Below, piece after piece: positions 17,908 through 26,292 of a DNA stretch of 64,000 nt; position 1 is the first letter of the stretch, and each line of letters opens with the position of its first letter. This DNA comes from Polyangiales bacterium (GTDB lineage Bacteria; Myxococcota_A; Polyangia; Polyangiales; Houyiibacteriaceae). The notes beneath the pieces are model-generated. The model did no database searches and was not told the origin of the DNA. It was given only the letters and a program-made list of their open reading frames with translations. Position numbers and translations under genes: made by a program. Where the stretch lies: contig JBGCFM010000041.1 in the NCBI GenBank assembly GCA_045106895.1, positions 10,585 through 74,584 on the forward strand. The letters run 5' to 3'.

Positions 17908-18693
17908 TTGGACCGAGCGTTGAGGCCCCTGGCCGAGTTGCCCGTCCCCGCGGGTCTCGTGGGGCTCGCCTTCGATGTCGACGACACGATCACCGAAGGC
18001 GGAAAGCTCATGCCCTGCGCGCTTGAGTCCATGCAGGCACTTCGTCGTGCGCACGTGCGCCTCATCGCCGTGACGGGCAGACCTCTCGGCTGGGCCGAGG
18101 TGCTTGCGCGAGTTCTCCCGGTGGACATCGCCATCGGCGAGAACGGCGCCGGCTGGTTCTACTCGCGCGACGGACGCGCGGCCGAGGGGTACATTCTTCG
18201 CGCCGAGGAGCGGACCGCGCTCGAGGATGTTCACGCCCGAATTCGCCACCGGGTGTCCAAAGAACTGCCCTCGATCCGCGAAGCGAGCGATGCGCGCTTG
18301 CGCCGCTATGATTTGGCCTTCGATATCGCCGAAGAAGAACGTGTCGACGAGAGTACACGCCGCGCGCTCGCCGCTGTGATTCGACAAGAAGGCTGCGAGC
18401 CGGTGACGAGCTCCGTTCATTGTCACGCCGCTACCGGCCGCTGGGATAAAGCCGTCGGAATCGAGGCCGCGGCGCTGGACGTCTTCGGCGCCTTCGAATC
18501 GGACGCATGGGTGTTCGTCGGCGACAGCGGAAACGACGCTCCGGCGTTCGAGTTTTTTCGGCTCTCCGTCGGCGTTTCGAACGTCCGAGACCACAACCTG
18601 CGCAGCGAACCACGCTTCGTCACGCCCTCGCCCCGCGGAAAGGGCTTTTCCGAACTCTGCGCGCATATTATCGAGAGCCGGACGGTTGAGTAG
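17908..18693 (+). CDS. HAD-IIB family hydrolase (sugar-phosphatase-like)
   Basis: FDVDDTIT is the DxDxT motif and GDSGND is motif IV. TTG start 3 nt after the rlmI stop. Confidence 0.75.
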   Translation: MDRALRPLAELPVPAGLVGLAFDVDDTITEGGKLMPCALESMQALRRAHVRLIAVTGRPLGWAEVLARVLPVDIAIGENGAGWFYSRDGRAAEGYILRAEERTALEDVHARIRHRVSKELPSIREASDARLRRYDLAFDIAEEERVDESTRRALAAVIRQEGCEPVTSSVHCHAATGRWDKAVGIEAAALDVFGAFESDAWVFVGDSGNDAPAFEFFRLSVGVSNVRDHNLRSEPRFVTPSPRGKGFSELCAHIIESRTVE

Positions 18694-18696
18694 CTC

Positions 18697-19248
18697 ATGA
18701 GCGCGCCCAAGAAAGAAGACAAGCTTCCCACGCCTCTCGTGCTCGCTTTGGCGAGCGCCATGGTCTGCGTCGGCGTGGTGGCCGTCGTGATCTCGCGAAG
18801 CGGCCCTGCCGAAACCGCGGAGGAGCGCGCGAGTCGGGTCGCCGTCAACGACAGCACCGCAGAGGCCGCCGCCGAGTCATTCCTTGACGCTTGGCGTAAG
18901 CGCGAACACGACGTCGCTCGAAGGCTCTCGATGGAGAACGCGCGGCGCCGCGTCGAAGACCGCGAGCAGAGCGACCGGAACCTCAGTGACCAAGAACGAG
19001 ACCTCCAGCGGCAGGTCTGGGACGCGATGGCCGCAACGCGCCTTCGGCTCTTTCTCCGCGAGAGCCGAAACCTCCCCGAGGGGCGTCTCGCCCTCGCGGG
19101 CGTCGCCGAGGGAGAGTTCCTCGAGCAGGCATACCAGCGCGAAGTCGAGTTCGTGATGGTAGAGACGACCCAAGGATGGCGAGTCGCCGAGGTCGCCTTC
19201 GGCGAGATCCTGTCGGACATGCCGGCCGCTCTGCGTTTCGAGGACTAA
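18697..19248 (+). CDS. Membrane-anchored hypothetical protein
   Basis: A single N-terminal TM segment (LVLALASAMVCVGVVAVVI). Tightly packed between its neighbours. Confidence 0.55.
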   Translation: MSAPKKEDKLPTPLVLALASAMVCVGVVAVVISRSGPAETAEERASRVAVNDSTAEAAAESFLDAWRKREHDVARRLSMENARRRVEDREQSDRNLSDQERDLQRQVWDAMAATRLRLFLRESRNLPEGRLALAGVAEGEFLEQAYQREVEFVMVETTQGWRVAEVAFGEILSDMPAALRFED

Positions 19249-20051
19249 TGGACGATTCGATTCTATGGCGGGCCGGCACCGTCGCTCACTACGTCGACGC
19301 CGAATACTACGACCAGGCCTATCGACGCCGGAGCCACGACAAGGCTTATTACGCCGCGTGCGCGTCGGGACGCGTGCTGGAACTCGGCGCCGGGACAGGT
19401 CGCATCACCCTCGCCGTCGCCGACGCGCTGTCCCGCCAAGAGGACGACGCTCATATCGTCGGCGTCGAGTCGATGGGCACCATGCTGGAGCGAGCGGAGC
19501 GACGCCTCAAGAAGCAGCCGAAGCGGGTTCAGCGGCGAGTGACCTTCGCCGAGGGGGACTTTCGAACGCTGCAGCTCGGCGAGACCTTCGATCAAGTCAT
19601 CGCCCCCTTCAACGCGCTGATGCACCTCTACACAGCGGAAGACTTCGAAGCGACGCTGGACGTCGTTCGAAGGCACCTCCGGCCCGGCGGGCTCTTCCGC
19701 TTTGACGTTCTTTTGCCCGACCCCGCTGCGCTTGGGCGCGACCCCTCACGCATCTACAAGGGGAAGAAAGTGACGCTGCCATCGACAGGCCAGCGCTATC
19801 ACTACGGCGAGCGCTTCAGCTACGATGCCGCGACGCAGGTTCAGATGATCGAGATGATCTTCACCGGTGTTGAAAACTCGCACGACGTGCACGTCGTGCC
19901 CCTCGCGCACCGCCAGTTCTTTCCGGCGGAGCTACGAGCGCTTCTTCGTCACAGCGGCTTTGAGCTCATCGCCCACGAAGGCGACTTCGACGGAGAAGAC
20001 CTCGATGGCCACGCCGAGAGTCAGCTCATCGTGGCCCGCGTCCGCGACTAG
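19248..20051 (+). CDS. Class I SAM-dependent methyltransferase
   Basis: VLELGAGTGRITLAVA is motif I. The ATG at 19248 overlaps the upstream TAA (TAATG). Confidence 0.75.
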   Translation: MDDSILWRAGTVAHYVDAEYYDQAYRRRSHDKAYYAACASGRVLELGAGTGRITLAVADALSRQEDDAHIVGVESMGTMLERAERRLKKQPKRVQRRVTFAEGDFRTLQLGETFDQVIAPFNALMHLYTAEDFEATLDVVRRHLRPGGLFRFDVLLPDPAALGRDPSRIYKGKKVTLPSTGQRYHYGERFSYDAATQVQMIEMIFTGVENSHDVHVVPLAHRQFFPAELRALLRHSGFELIAHEGDFDGEDLDGHAESQLIVARVRD

Positions 20052-20057
20052 CGAATC

Positions 20058-21437
20058 TTATTCGCCGGCGCCCGCGAGGGCTTCGTCGATCATCTTCTGA
20101 TGCTCTTCCGGCCGTGCCCAGCGCTCCTTGCCTTCTTCGGGCAAGAGGTCGACGGGATCGAAGTAGAGGAAGTTCTGACCGGGCTTCACCGAAGGCGCCG
20201 TGTACACGCTGATGCCGGTGGTGCGGTTGTAATACTCGTGGCTGTGAACCTCGCGCTTGCCGCCACCGCCTGGTGCGTCCACCACGAAGGTTGGCGTGTT
20301 GAAGCCGGCGGTGCTCCCGCGGACATGCTTCTCGATGACCTTCGCCGTGTGCACCGTTGTTCGTAGCTCTTCCACCCCCTTCACGAGGTCGTGCTGGTAG
20401 ACGTAATAAGGGTGCGCGTTCACGTATGCGCAGCGCCGAACCAACGTCGTCATCGTCTCCACGTCGTCGTTTACTCCTCGCTGGAAGACGGACTGGTTTC
20501 GCACGTGCACGCCGTGTTCGAAAAGACGCCCCAGAGCACGCGCGGTGATGGCGGTGATCTCATTCGGGTGATTGAAGTGGGTGTGCAGCATCACGTCCTT
20601 GTGAAGCTTGCGGCCCTTCTCCACGACACCGACGAGGGCCTTGAACCAGTCATCGTCGCTCAAGAGCTTCTGCGGCATGACCGCCGGTCCCTTCGAGGCG
20701 AAGCGCATGCGCCGGACGTGCGGGATGTCCAGGAGTCGCTCGCCAAGCGTCGTGATCTGTGCCGCACGAAGGTTCCAGGCGTCGCCACCGCTGATGACGA
20801 TGTCCTCAAGCTCGGGCCGTGACGCGATGTAGTCGAAGATGACTTCCCATCGCTTCGGCGATGCCTTGAGGCTTACCTTCTCCACCATGTCCTGGTCGGG
20901 ACCGACGGCGTAGGAGCGCGTGCAAAAGCGGCAGTACACGGGGCACGTGTCGAGGGCGAGGAGCAACGCTTTGTCGGGGTAGCGATGCGTGAGACCGTCG
21001 ACGGGCGCGTCGCCCTGCTCGCCGAGGGAGTCGAAGGTGAGCTTCGGGTGGTCTGGCAGAAGCGTGGACTTCGTCGGCAAGAACTGAGTCCGAATCGGAT
21101 CGTGGTACGGGTTCTGCCAGTCGACGAGGCTCAGCATGTACGGCGAAACACGCACCGCCATGGGCGCCATGGCGAAGCCCTCCGCCGCGTCGTCGAGGAA
21201 CGCATCACTCGCCAGGCCGCGAACAGCATCGAGGAGCTTTTCCGGCTTCGTGATGGAGTTCTTCATCTGCCATCGGTGGTCGAGGAAGCTCTTTTCGTCG
21301 ACGTCGGCAAAAGCCGGTATTTTGCGCCAAAAATCGCCATCCAGCAGGTCGCGGTGTGCATAGGTGGACGGATCCGCAGGCGGTTTGACCGCTCGTGGTG
21401 CGCTTTCGCCTTCGAGGACTTTGAGTTCAACTCCCAT
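20058..21437 (-). CDS. KamA-family radical SAM aminomutase (lysine 2,3-aminomutase-like)
   Basis: CPVYCRFCTRSY is the CxxxCxxC cluster. The family-typical context (ISGGD, HTHFNHPNE) is present. 459 aa, the long form. Confidence 0.85.
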   Translation of the reverse strand: MGVELKVLEGESAPRAVKPPADPSTYAHRDLLDGDFWRKIPAFADVDEKSFLDHRWQMKNSITKPEKLLDAVRGLASDAFLDDAAEGFAMAPMAVRVSPYMLSLVDWQNPYHDPIRTQFLPTKSTLLPDHPKLTFDSLGEQGDAPVDGLTHRYPDKALLLALDTCPVYCRFCTRSYAVGPDQDMVEKVSLKASPKRWEVIFDYIASRPELEDIVISGGDAWNLRAAQITTLGERLLDIPHVRRMRFASKGPAVMPQKLLSDDDWFKALVGVVEKGRKLHKDVMLHTHFNHPNEITAITARALGRLFEHGVHVRNQSVFQRGVNDDVETMTTLVRRCAYVNAHPYYVYQHDLVKGVEELRTTVHTAKVIEKHVRGSTAGFNTPTFVVDAPGGGGKREVHSHEYYNRTTGISVYTAPSVKPGQNFLYFDPVDLLPEEGKERWARPEEHQKMIDEALAGAGE

Positions 21438-21501
21438 GGGACGTGTGTAGCCTCAGCAGCGCCTCTGGGCCAGTTCGATCCGCCTCAGGCTGAACACCTG
21501 T

Positions 21502-22554
21502 GTGCTTTCTTTGACCAGCGCGTCCTGGTGGGGCAAGCGTGAAGGCGTGCAAGATCAGCTCATCTTCGTCATCTCGCCGCCGCGCGCAGGTTCTACCCTC
21601 CTTCAGCGAATGCTGGGGGCCCATAGCGAAGTGTTTACGCATCCCGAGCCACACCTCATCACGCCGCTTGAGCACCTTGGGTACTTTGCCCGCGTCGACG
21701 GGGCGCCGTACGACCACGTCAACGCCTCCGAGGCGATGCGTACCTTCGTCGATGGCCTCCCCGGCGGCGAAGCCGACTACCTCGACGCGCTCCGAGCGTA
21801 CGCCGACACCCTCTACGGCCGGATGCTCTCCACAAGCGAAAAGAGCCGCTTCCTCGACAAAACGCCGGCGTATGCGCTCTCCCTCGACTTCCTCGTCAAG
21901 CTTTACCCTCAAGCCAAGTACGTCGTCCTAACTCGCCACCCCTTGGCGGTGTTCAGCTCCTACGCGAACAGCTTCTATGGCGGCAACTGGGAGGAAGCCC
22001 GAAGCTTCAATCCCGTCATCGAGCGATACGTGCCCGCGATGGCGAGCCTCCTTCGCGAGCGGCCGGTGCCGATCTGCCATGTGGCCTACGAGCAGCTTGT
22101 CGCTCAGCCGGCGGCTCAGCTCGAACGCATCTTCGCGTACCTTGGACTCGAGAACCAACCCGAAGCCGTCAACTACGGCAAGACCAAGATGAAGGCCGGA
22201 ATGGGCGACCCGATCAACGTCGCGAAGCACTCGCGGCCCATGACGGCGTCCATCGAGAAGTGGGCCGAAGAGCTGGCCGCCGATCCGAAAAAGCGCGCCC
22301 TCGCTGAAGAGATGATCGCACGGATTCCGCCGGAAGATCTCGCCGAGTGGGGCTACGACGGCGACTCACTCTGGGCGCCTCTCGCCGGCGCGGGAAGCAA
22401 CCCTCCCCCGAAGACGCCGCTCAACAGCTACACCTTCCAGCGCAACGTCATGCGTCTCGCGCGAAACCAAGTTCACGCTCGAAGCGGCGGCGTCGAGCTG
22501 GTGAAGAAGGTGCGCTACTACTGCGATGTATTGCTTCGAAACCGCTTAGGTTGA
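21502..22554 (+). CDS. Sulfotransferase family protein
   Basis: ISPPRAGSTLLQRML resembles the 5'-PSB loop for PAPS binding. The downstream RHPLAVFSS region also fits the family. GTG start. Confidence 0.72.
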   Translation: MLSLTSASWWGKREGVQDQLIFVISPPRAGSTLLQRMLGAHSEVFTHPEPHLITPLEHLGYFARVDGAPYDHVNASEAMRTFVDGLPGGEADYLDALRAYADTLYGRMLSTSEKSRFLDKTPAYALSLDFLVKLYPQAKYVVLTRHPLAVFSSYANSFYGGNWEEARSFNPVIERYVPAMASLLRERPVPICHVAYEQLVAQPAAQLERIFAYLGLENQPEAVNYGKTKMKAGMGDPINVAKHSRPMTASIEKWAEELAADPKKRALAEEMIARIPPEDLAEWGYDGDSLWAPLAGAGSNPPPKTPLNSYTFQRNVMRLARNQVHARSGGVELVKKVRYYCDVLLRNRLG

Positions 22555-22560
22555 ACGACC

Positions 22561-22586
22561 AACCCCAGTGTTCGAACACTGGGGTT
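22561..22586. terminator. Perfect 26-bp palindrome between convergent genes (possible bidirectional terminator hairpin)
   Basis: AACCCCAGTGTTCGAACACTGGGGTT equals its own reverse complement. It starts 7 nt after the sulfotransferase stop and overlaps the stop codon of the glutaredoxin fusion gene. There is no U-tract on either side. Confidence 0.4.
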
Positions 22587-23499
22587 AGTAGCGGGGCACG
22601 CTTGGGTCGACGTCCTGGCTCCAGGCGTCGATACCGCCGCGGAGATTGTAGACGTTCTGGAAGCCCTGGGAAATGGCGTGCTCGGCTGCGCGCTGGCTTC
22701 GTCCGCCGTGGTGACACTGGAAAACGATGGTGGCGGCGCGGTCGAGACCGTCCAAGAAGGCGCGGCACTCGTCATCGAGGAAGCGAGTTCCTTCGATGCT
22801 GGCGGTGGCGCGCTCTTCGGCGGTTCGCACGTCGATGAACTCGAAGGGCTTCCCGCCGTCGAGCCATTCCTTGGCCTGTTCGACTTCGAGCTGCTGCACT
22901 TTCGCGGGCTCGTTGGGGTTGTCGATCTTGAAGCCCGCACCTTCCGCACCTTCGACGAAGTCGATGGTCATTCCGTCGGCCTTGCGGGCCGTGGCGCGTT
23001 TCATCACGACGGTCCAATCGCCGCCCTTGATGACGATGTCGTTCGGGCGAGCCTCGTCGAAATCGAGGCCGTACTGCCAGCGTCCCGATATCTCCAGGCG
23101 GATAACGATGGGCTGACCCTCGGCGAACTCTTTGAGCTTGGCGAGCGCCCCTTCGGTGAGGAAGACCTCCGGTGTCTTCAGCTCGGCGCGCGTAACGCCG
23201 AGAACTCCGTCGAGTTCCCCGTTCTCGCTCATCTCCGTGACGATGTCGCAGCCGCCGACGAAGTCCCCCTTCACGTAGAGCTGCGGGATGGTGGGCCAGG
23301 AGGAGAACTCCTTGATGCCTTCGCGGATGTCCGGGGCGCTGAGAACATCCACGGTCTTGTATTCGGGAAGGTACTCATCGAGGGCAGCGACAACTTTTGC
23401 GCTGAATCCACACTGGGGGGCGTCTCGGTTGCCCTTCATGAAGAGAACCACGGGGCTCTCGGCGACGATCTGGGCGATTTGGGCCTGCACATTGCTCAT
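22585..23499 (-). CDS. Three-domain fusion: monothiol glutaredoxin (CGFS) + Cys-less HesB/IscA-like domain + rhodanese
   Basis: PQCGFSAKV and WPTIPQLYVKGDFVGG are Grx4-type. The middle domain has an A-type-carrier pattern (IRLEISG..YGLDFD, IDFVEG..GFKIDNPN) without the carrier cysteines. The C-terminal rhodanese has the active loop CHHGGRS. The start is set to the ATG at 23499. Confidence 0.85.
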   Translation of the reverse strand: MSNVQAQIAQIVAESPVVLFMKGNRDAPQCGFSAKVVAALDEYLPEYKTVDVLSAPDIREGIKEFSSWPTIPQLYVKGDFVGGCDIVTEMSENGELDGVLGVTRAELKTPEVFLTEGALAKLKEFAEGQPIVIRLEISGRWQYGLDFDEARPNDIVIKGGDWTVVMKRATARKADGMTIDFVEGAEGAGFKIDNPNEPAKVQQLEVEQAKEWLDGGKPFEFIDVRTAEERATASIEGTRFLDDECRAFLDGLDRAATIVFQCHHGGRSQRAAEHAISQGFQNVYNLRGGIDAWSQDVDPSVPRY

Positions 23500-23583
23500 G
23501 GGGCGAATCGTGGAGCGGAGAGCACATGGAGGCAAGGGGTGGCAGCACGGGACGCCAAGGGAGCAAGTGCTATGCTCCCGAAT

Positions 23584-24348
23584 ATGAGTCGTCTGGTTGC
23601 TTTCCTTGCGGTTTTCGCCCCTGCCCTGGCCCTGGCCCAAGGGGGCTCCGAGCTGGCGCCTCCGCCGACTTCGTCCGGCGTGGCCGTGGACGTGGAGGTC
23701 AATGCCGAGCTTGAGCCCGAGGGCCAAAGCGACCCAGGCGCTGGGGACACGCCGCCGCCGGTGGTCTATGCGCAGCCTCATGGCCAGGGCGCGGTCCAAG
23801 TCGCTCCGGTTCAGCCAGCTGTGCTCCCGCCCCAGCCCCGCGGCGCCCCCGTGGCGCCTTCTGGGTATGGTCCGCAACCAAACGCCTACGCCCCCGGCCA
23901 GCAGAACGTGTACGCGCCGGGCCAGCCCTACGTATATCCGCCGCGCCGATCGCGACATGTCCGCATTCGCTACCGAGAAGGCATGGAAGTCCCCGAGGGC
24001 GCCTCCATCGTCGAGCGTCGCCGCCGTGGGCTACTCATCGCCGGCATCGCCGCATTCGCGGCCTCGTACGGCATCTCAGCCGTGTTCGCGTCCCTCGACG
24101 CCGATCTCGCGATCATGGCGGTTCCCTTCGCGGGACCACTGATCTGGCAAGCGCGCGATGGCAGCTCCGACACCGCCGCGGGTATGGCTTTCCTTTCCAT
24201 CGCCCAGGTGGCAGGAGTGGTGCTCTTTGCCCTTGGTCTGCGAAAACGAACCTACATCGAATATTGGGCCGACAGGGATGGTCCAACCCTTATTGTGACT
24301 CCAGACATCACTCCCCAGTATGCCGGTGTCTCCCTCACGCTTTTCTGA
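23584..24348 (+). CDS. Secreted/membrane Pro-rich protein with C-terminal TM helices
   Basis: MSRLVAFLAVFAPALALAQG signal sequence, PQPxAYAPGQ repeats, and three hydrophobic segments near the C-terminus. The part of the listed 556-aa ORF upstream of 23584 is antisense to the glutaredoxin gene. Confidence 0.55.
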   Translation: MSRLVAFLAVFAPALALAQGGSELAPPPTSSGVAVDVEVNAELEPEGQSDPGAGDTPPPVVYAQPHGQGAVQVAPVQPAVLPPQPRGAPVAPSGYGPQPNAYAPGQQNVYAPGQPYVYPPRRSRHVRIRYREGMEVPEGASIVERRRRGLLIAGIAAFAASYGISAVFASLDADLAIMAVPFAGPLIWQARDGSSDTAAGMAFLSIAQVAGVVLFALGLRKRTYIEYWADRDGPTLIVTPDITPQYAGVSLTLF

Positions 24349-25546
24349 GCCACCACTTCCTTTTTTTGTGCGACCACCACTCCCCCTCACGGCCTTCGCT
24401 CTAACCAGCGGTCTCGGAAGTTCCGCGCATGATGCGCTCGCAGCCTTAAAGAAAGGGGAGCGAGGGCTACGTGCGCCTCCCGTCGACGTCCCCTTCGAGA
24501 CGGTCACCGGAACGGTGCCTTTTGAGCTCCCCGAGCTGCCTCTCGAATACGCGCACATGGAGTCGCGAAGTGCGCGCCTCGCCTTGCATGCATACGAGCA
24601 GATTCATGGCGCCGTCGACAACGCTTTGTCGCGTTGGGGCGCGTCACGCGTCGCGCTTATCCTCGGCACCAGCACCGGCGGCATCGATCGAACGGAATAC
24701 GCCCACGCTGCCTGGTGGACGGCTGGGCAAGGCGACTCTCCTCTCCCAGCCGACTATCGCTACGAGACCCAGCATCCGTTTCACGCCTTCAGTGATCTGC
24801 TCGCGCTGCGAAGCGGGATCCTTGGCCCGCGTTATGTGGTCTCGACGGCCTGCAGTTCAAGCGCCAAGGCCTTTGCTTCCGCGCGACGTCTCATCGAACT
24901 CGACATTGTCGACGCAGTGCTGGTCGGGGGCGTGGACGCCCTGTGTCACACCACAGTGCGCGGATTCCATGGCCTCGGCGTCATGGCCGACCGACCGTGC
25001 ATGCCCTTCGGGAAAGACCGCCCGGGGATGAACGTCGGCGAGGCCGCCGCTTTCCTTATGGTCGAGCGAGACGGCGAGGCACTGGCGCTTCTTCGCGGCG
25101 TCGGCGAGAGCTCAGACGCGTATCATATGTCTTCGCCCCAGCCCGAAGGCCTGGGCGCCGCTGCCGCCATGGAAGCGGCTCTCCGGGAGGGCGGCGTCAA
25201 GAGCACCGAAGTGGACTACATCAACGCTCACGGGACGGGAACCCGCCACAACGACGCCGCCGAATCGACGGCACTCAACCGCCTCTTCGGCTCGGACACG
25301 CCTGTCGTGAGCACCAAGGCGTACACGGGCCACACCTTGGGCGCGTGCGGCGGCGCGGAAGCGATCCTCTCGATTCTCTCACTTCAGCATGGCTTCGTTC
25401 CGGCGGCGCTCGGAAGCAGCCCCGTCGACGACGGCATCGACCTGCACCTGCCTCAAACTCTCGAAGAGCGTCCTCTCCGCTACGCGCTAAGCAACGCATT
25501 CGCCTTCGGCGGCAACAACTGCAGCGTGCTTTTGGAGAAAGCATGA
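24320..25546 (+). CDS. Beta-ketoacyl-ACP synthase (KS), type II PKS/FAS-like
   Basis: STACSSS (Cys), AHGTGT and GHTLGACG (two His). The start is uncertain: 24320 overlaps the upstream gene, and an in-frame GTG at 24368 is an alternative. Confidence 0.85.
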   Translation: MPVSPSRFSEPPLPFFVRPPLPLTAFALTSGLGSSAHDALAALKKGERGLRAPPVDVPFETVTGTVPFELPELPLEYAHMESRSARLALHAYEQIHGAVDNALSRWGASRVALILGTSTGGIDRTEYAHAAWWTAGQGDSPLPADYRYETQHPFHAFSDLLALRSGILGPRYVVSTACSSSAKAFASARRLIELDIVDAVLVGGVDALCHTTVRGFHGLGVMADRPCMPFGKDRPGMNVGEAAAFLMVERDGEALALLRGVGESSDAYHMSSPQPEGLGAAAAMEAALREGGVKSTEVDYINAHGTGTRHNDAAESTALNRLFGSDTPVVSTKAYTGHTLGACGGAEAILSILSLQHGFVPAALGSSPVDDGIDLHLPQTLEERPLRYALSNAFAFGGNNCSVLLEKA

Positions 25547-26292
25547 ACGTGCATGTCCGAGGGCACGCCTTCTGGGCACCCGGCTACGCGTCGATGGATG
25601 CGTTTGAGTCCGGGGACCGAGATGAGTCGCTCGAGCGACCGGCCATCGCATTCGTGGACTCGCGCATGAAGCGCGCGACGAGCTTGATGACGCGCATGTC
25701 GGTGCACTGCGTGGCAGGAGCCATCGAGTCGAGCGGCCTTCCATTGGATGGCTGCGCGACGGTCTTCGGCTCGGAGCATGGGGAGATTCAAATCGCCGTC
25801 GATCAGATGGTGATGATGCAGGACGGCGAAGGCCGCATTTCCCCCGCGCGTTTCAAGAACAGCGTGCACAACACCGCGGCAGGGCTGTTTTCCATCGCGG
25901 CAAAGAACAAAGGTTTCACGACGGCGCTGGCCGCGGGGGCCGACACCTTCCCGCTCTCACTCCTCGAGGGCATGGCCCTGTTGAAAGCCGGCGACGCAAA
26001 ACACGTCGTCATCGTCGTCGCGGACGAGCCGCTGCCCCAACCGATCGCACACGCGTCGACGCACACAGCGATGGCCATCGCCCTCGCGCTGAGCACGGAG
26101 AAGGGCCCCGGTCCCGAGATTTCTCTCCCCGTGCTTTCCTCCGCCAAGACGAAGGACACTCCCCCTTCGCAGGTGCCAGAGGCGTTTGCGGAGCACTGCG
26201 GCGCCGCCGCATACCGCTTGCTGGTGGCGATCCGAAACGGCGAGCGCGGCAAGGTGCGACTCAACCCCTCCTGGGAGGTTGAGGTCTCATGA
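25543..26292 (+). CDS. KS-N-terminal-like chain-length-factor type protein (no catalytic triad)
   Basis: FVDSRMKRATSLMTRM and FKNSVHNTAAGLFSIAAKNKG resemble the Ketoacyl-synt_2/CLF-like partners seen in aryl-polyene loci. ATGA overlaps on both sides. Confidence 0.7.
   Translation: MNVHVRGHAFWAPGYASMDAFESGDRDESLERPAIAFVDSRMKRATSLMTRMSVHCVAGAIESSGLPLDGCATVFGSEHGEIQIAVDQMVMMQDGEGRISPARFKNSVHNTAAGLFSIAAKNKGFTTALAAGADTFPLSLLEGMALLKAGDAKHVVIVVADEPLPQPIAHASTHTAMAIALALSTEKGPGPEISLPVLSSAKTKDTPPSQVPEAFAEHCGAAAYRLLVAIRNGERGKVRLNPSWEVEVS

Noticed and set aside
17659-19220. Minus-strand ORFs of 335 aa and 265 aa opposite the rlmI / HAD / TM-protein genes
   Set aside because: No motifs are present. They lie opposite three tightly packed genes that have clear family signatures.
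22678-23583. N-terminal 300 aa of the listed 556-aa + strand ORF
   Set aside because: This part is antisense to the glutaredoxin/rhodanese fusion gene and does not look protein-like. Only the portion from the ATG at 23584 (signal peptide onward) was kept.
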